A stretch of 64,000 nt of DNA from contig NIVC01003687.1 of assembly GCA_002269645.1 (NCBI GenBank), positions 1-64,000 on the forward strand. The letters are read 5' to 3'. Position 1 is the first letter of the stretch, and the number at the start of each line of letters is the position of its first letter. Shown here piece after piece: positions 61,501 to 64,000 of this stretch. The notes under the pieces were generated by a model, which saw only the letters and a list, made by a program, of their open reading frames with translations, did not search any database and was not told the DNA's origin. The stretch is from Macrostomum lignano. Its lineage: Eukaryota. Made by a program: the position numbers and the translations under genes.

Positions 61501-63146
61501 GGCGCCCCGACTGCCCAGTGAGAAGACGGTGGCTTTGTTGCGCAGAGTCTGCCTGGAGCTGAACAGGCTGCGCCGTGTCGGCTCCTCCATGCCCATGACG
61601 TCATCTCGGTCGGCCAGGATGTTGAACTGCAGCTTCATGAGACGGCTCTGGTACTCCTTGAAGTAGGAGTAGTACATCTTGCTGGTGGTGTCCAGGTATT
61701 CGTCGCTGACCTCCTTCGCCACGTGGCGCTCGTTGTTGATGAGAAATTCGTTGAAGAATCTATCAGAGAATTTGGATTCAGTAGTTTGACAGACATTTTT
61801 GTGAAATCCGCTCGAAATATGCGGGATATTATATGTACTGATAGTTTGATCGGTTGATCAGCAAATTGATAGAATGACCTGCAGTTTGATAAATTGATCA
61901 GCCAGATAGATCTATCAGCAGATAGATGAGCATAGTGGCAGATAGATGAGCATAGTGGCAGATAGATGAGCACAGTGGCAGATATATGAGCATAGTGGCA
62001 GATAGATGAGAATAGTGGTAGATAGATGAGCACAGTGGCAGATAGATGAGCACAGTGGCAGATATATGAGCATAGTGGCAGATAGATAAGCACAGTGGCA
62101 GATATATGAGCATAGTGGCAGATAGATGAGCACAGTGGCAGATATATGAGCATAGTGGCAGATAGATGAGAATAGTGGTAGATAGATGAGCACAGTGGCA
62201 GATAGATGAGCACAGTGGCAGATATATGAGCATAGTGGCAGATAGATGAGCACAGTGGCAGATATATGAGCATAGTGGCAGATAGATGAGAATAGTGGCA
62301 GATAGATAAGAGTAGTGGCAGATAGATGAGCACAGAGGCAGATAGATAAGCATAGTGGTAGATAGATGAGCATAACGGCAGATAAATAAGCACAGTGGCA
62401 GATAGATGAGCACAGTAGCAGCTATAGATGGGCACAGTGGCAGATAGATGAGCACAGTGGCAGCTATAGATGGGCACAGTGGCAGATAGATGAGCACAGT
62501 AGCAGCTATAGATGGGCACAGTGGCAGATAGATGAGCACAGTGGCAGCTATAGATGGGCACAGTGGCAGATAGATGAGCACAGTAGCAGCTATAGATGGG
62601 CACAGTGGCAGATAGATTAGCACACTGGCAGCTATAGATGGGCACAGTGGCAGATAGATGAGCATCGTAGCAGTTACAGATGAGCACAGTGGCAGATAGA
62701 TGAATAGTACTCGCTCACCTGTACTTGAGCATGGTGTTCTGAGCATTCTGGTAATTAGTCATTGGCTTTCTAAAGCTGTAAATTTTCTGCATTAGAAAGT
62801 CGCGAATCTTGGAGATGGCCTTCAGCTTGAGCTTCTCCAGGATGTCGCGGACATCGGCGCAGGAGCGGGCCTCCTTGTAAGATTGCTCCTTGACGAAGTT
62901 GATCTTGTGATTGAGCTCGTGCAGCTGCTCAAGGAACTGACGCTCCGTGACTGGCGTATCCAGGATGTGGCTGATCATCTGCTCCGGCACCACCATTTCG
63001 TCGACAAACTGGCTGAGTTCGCCGCGGACAGCTTGGCGATTCTTCAGCTTGACATTCATGCGAACGGATTCCTGCTGCAGCTGCTGGATCTCCTGGCTCA
63101 TGTTGCCCAGGTCCGACTGGAACTCGCACAGCATCGCCTCCATGCG
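58587..63146 (-). CDS. VPS52: VPS52 (GARP/EARP subunit), 5'-partial, with a 1-nt frameshift at about 59672
   Basis: Exons 63146-62719, 61759-61450, 60704-60415, 60026-59319, 58733-58587. MEAMLCEFQSDLGNMSQEI, KIRDFLMQKIYSFRKP, FESLFRSLHYALLDNSCREYLF, RPHPVLRRYAEF, LICLINNYD and the C-terminal ELINIHNIMVEVKKLKPTF are present. Upstream exons lie beyond the window. Confidence 0.95.
58890..59090. repeat. 16-bp array in the last VPS52 intron
   Basis: Unit AAGCTCGAAACTTCTC. Confidence 0.92.
60930..61430. repeat. 20-bp array in a VPS52 intron
   Basis: TTGGCAGATAGATGAGCAGA variants. Confidence 0.9.
61915..62705. repeat. 20-bp array in a VPS52 intron
   Basis: GTGGCAGATAGATGAGCACA variants. Confidence 0.93.
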
Positions 63147-63179
63147 CTGCGAGGGGTGCAAAAGTTGGGCAGCTCAGCT

Positions 63180-63930
63180 GGTTGCTCACTTCAGTGACAC
63201 ATCTGGTTGCTCACTTCAGTGACACATCTGGTTGCTCACTTCAGTGACACATCTGGTTGCTCACTTCAGTGACACATCTGGTTGCTCACTTCAGTGACAC
63301 ATCTGGTTGCTCACTTCAGTGACACATCTGGTTGCTCACTTCAGTGACACATCTGGTTGCTCACTTCAGTGACACATCTGGTTGTTCACTTCAGTGACAC
63401 ATCTGGTTGCTCACTTCAGTGACACATCTGGTTGCTCACTTCAGTGACACATCTGGTTGCTCACTTCAGTGACACATCTGGTTGCTCACTTCAGTGACAC
63501 ATCTGGTTGCTCACTTCAGTGACACATCTGGTTGCTCACTTCAGTGACACATCTGGTTGCTCACTTCAGCGACACATCTGGTTGCTCACTTCAGTGACAC
63601 ATCTGGTTGCTCACTTCAGTGACACATCTGGTTGTTCACTTCAGCGACACATCTGGTTGCTCACTTCAGTGACACATCTGGTTGCTCACTTCAGCGACAC
63701 ATCTGGTTGCTCACTTCAGTGACACATCTGGTTGCTCACTTCAGTGACACATCTGGTTGTTCACTTCAGCGACACATCTGGTTGTTTACTTCAGTGACAC
63801 ATCTGGTTGTTCACTTCAGTGACACATCTGGTTGCTCACTACAGTGACACATCTGGTTGCTCACTACAGTGACACATCTGGTTGCTCACTACAGTGACAC
63901 ATCTGGTTGCTCACTACAGTGACACATCTG
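63180..63930. repeat. 25-bp array in a VPS52 intron
   Basis: Unit TCAGTGACACATCTGGTTGCTCACT, about 30 copies. Confidence 0.96.
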
Positions 63931-64000
63931 GCAAGGATCACTGTAGTAGAAGGACTTGGCTCTCATGAATCACGAAAAAAATGTTGAAAGCTGCTTTTCT

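Noticed and set aside
36985-63146. Functional clustering of endosomal trafficking genes (WASHC1, VPS52)
   Set aside because: They are separated by unrelated genes, and two housekeeping genes in 64 kb is expected by chance.

Overview
Eukaryotic (metazoan) genomic DNA, standard code, with GC-rich exons separated by introns and spacers that are mostly tandem arrays (about 40 arrays, roughly 30 kb or about half the window by my hand estimate). The style resembles a free-living flatworm such as Macrostomum; this is inference only. I assembled eight spliced genes by hand with phase-consistent GT-AG junctions: a globin (+), a four-TM claudin-like protein (-), an MTUS1/2-like coiled-coil protein (-), PEX5 (-), WASHC1 (-), a TFCP2/LSF-like factor (-), SPATA4 (+) and the 3' part of VPS52 (-). 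There is also a frame-disrupted coding-like block at the window start and an intronic tRNA-like gene. The best leads are: (1) two identical-length, apparently mutually exclusive exons in the MTUS-like gene, enclosed by mutually inverted repeat arrays; (2) a type-I, Phe-like tRNA body carrying a Leu(TAA) anticodon; (3) a globin whose MGC acylation start is out of frame; (4) a possible spliced-leader-supplied start codon; (5) intronic arrays made of splice-site-like units. All long ORFs lying in repeats are artefacts. No database search could be run, so family calls rest on motifs recalled from known homologs.
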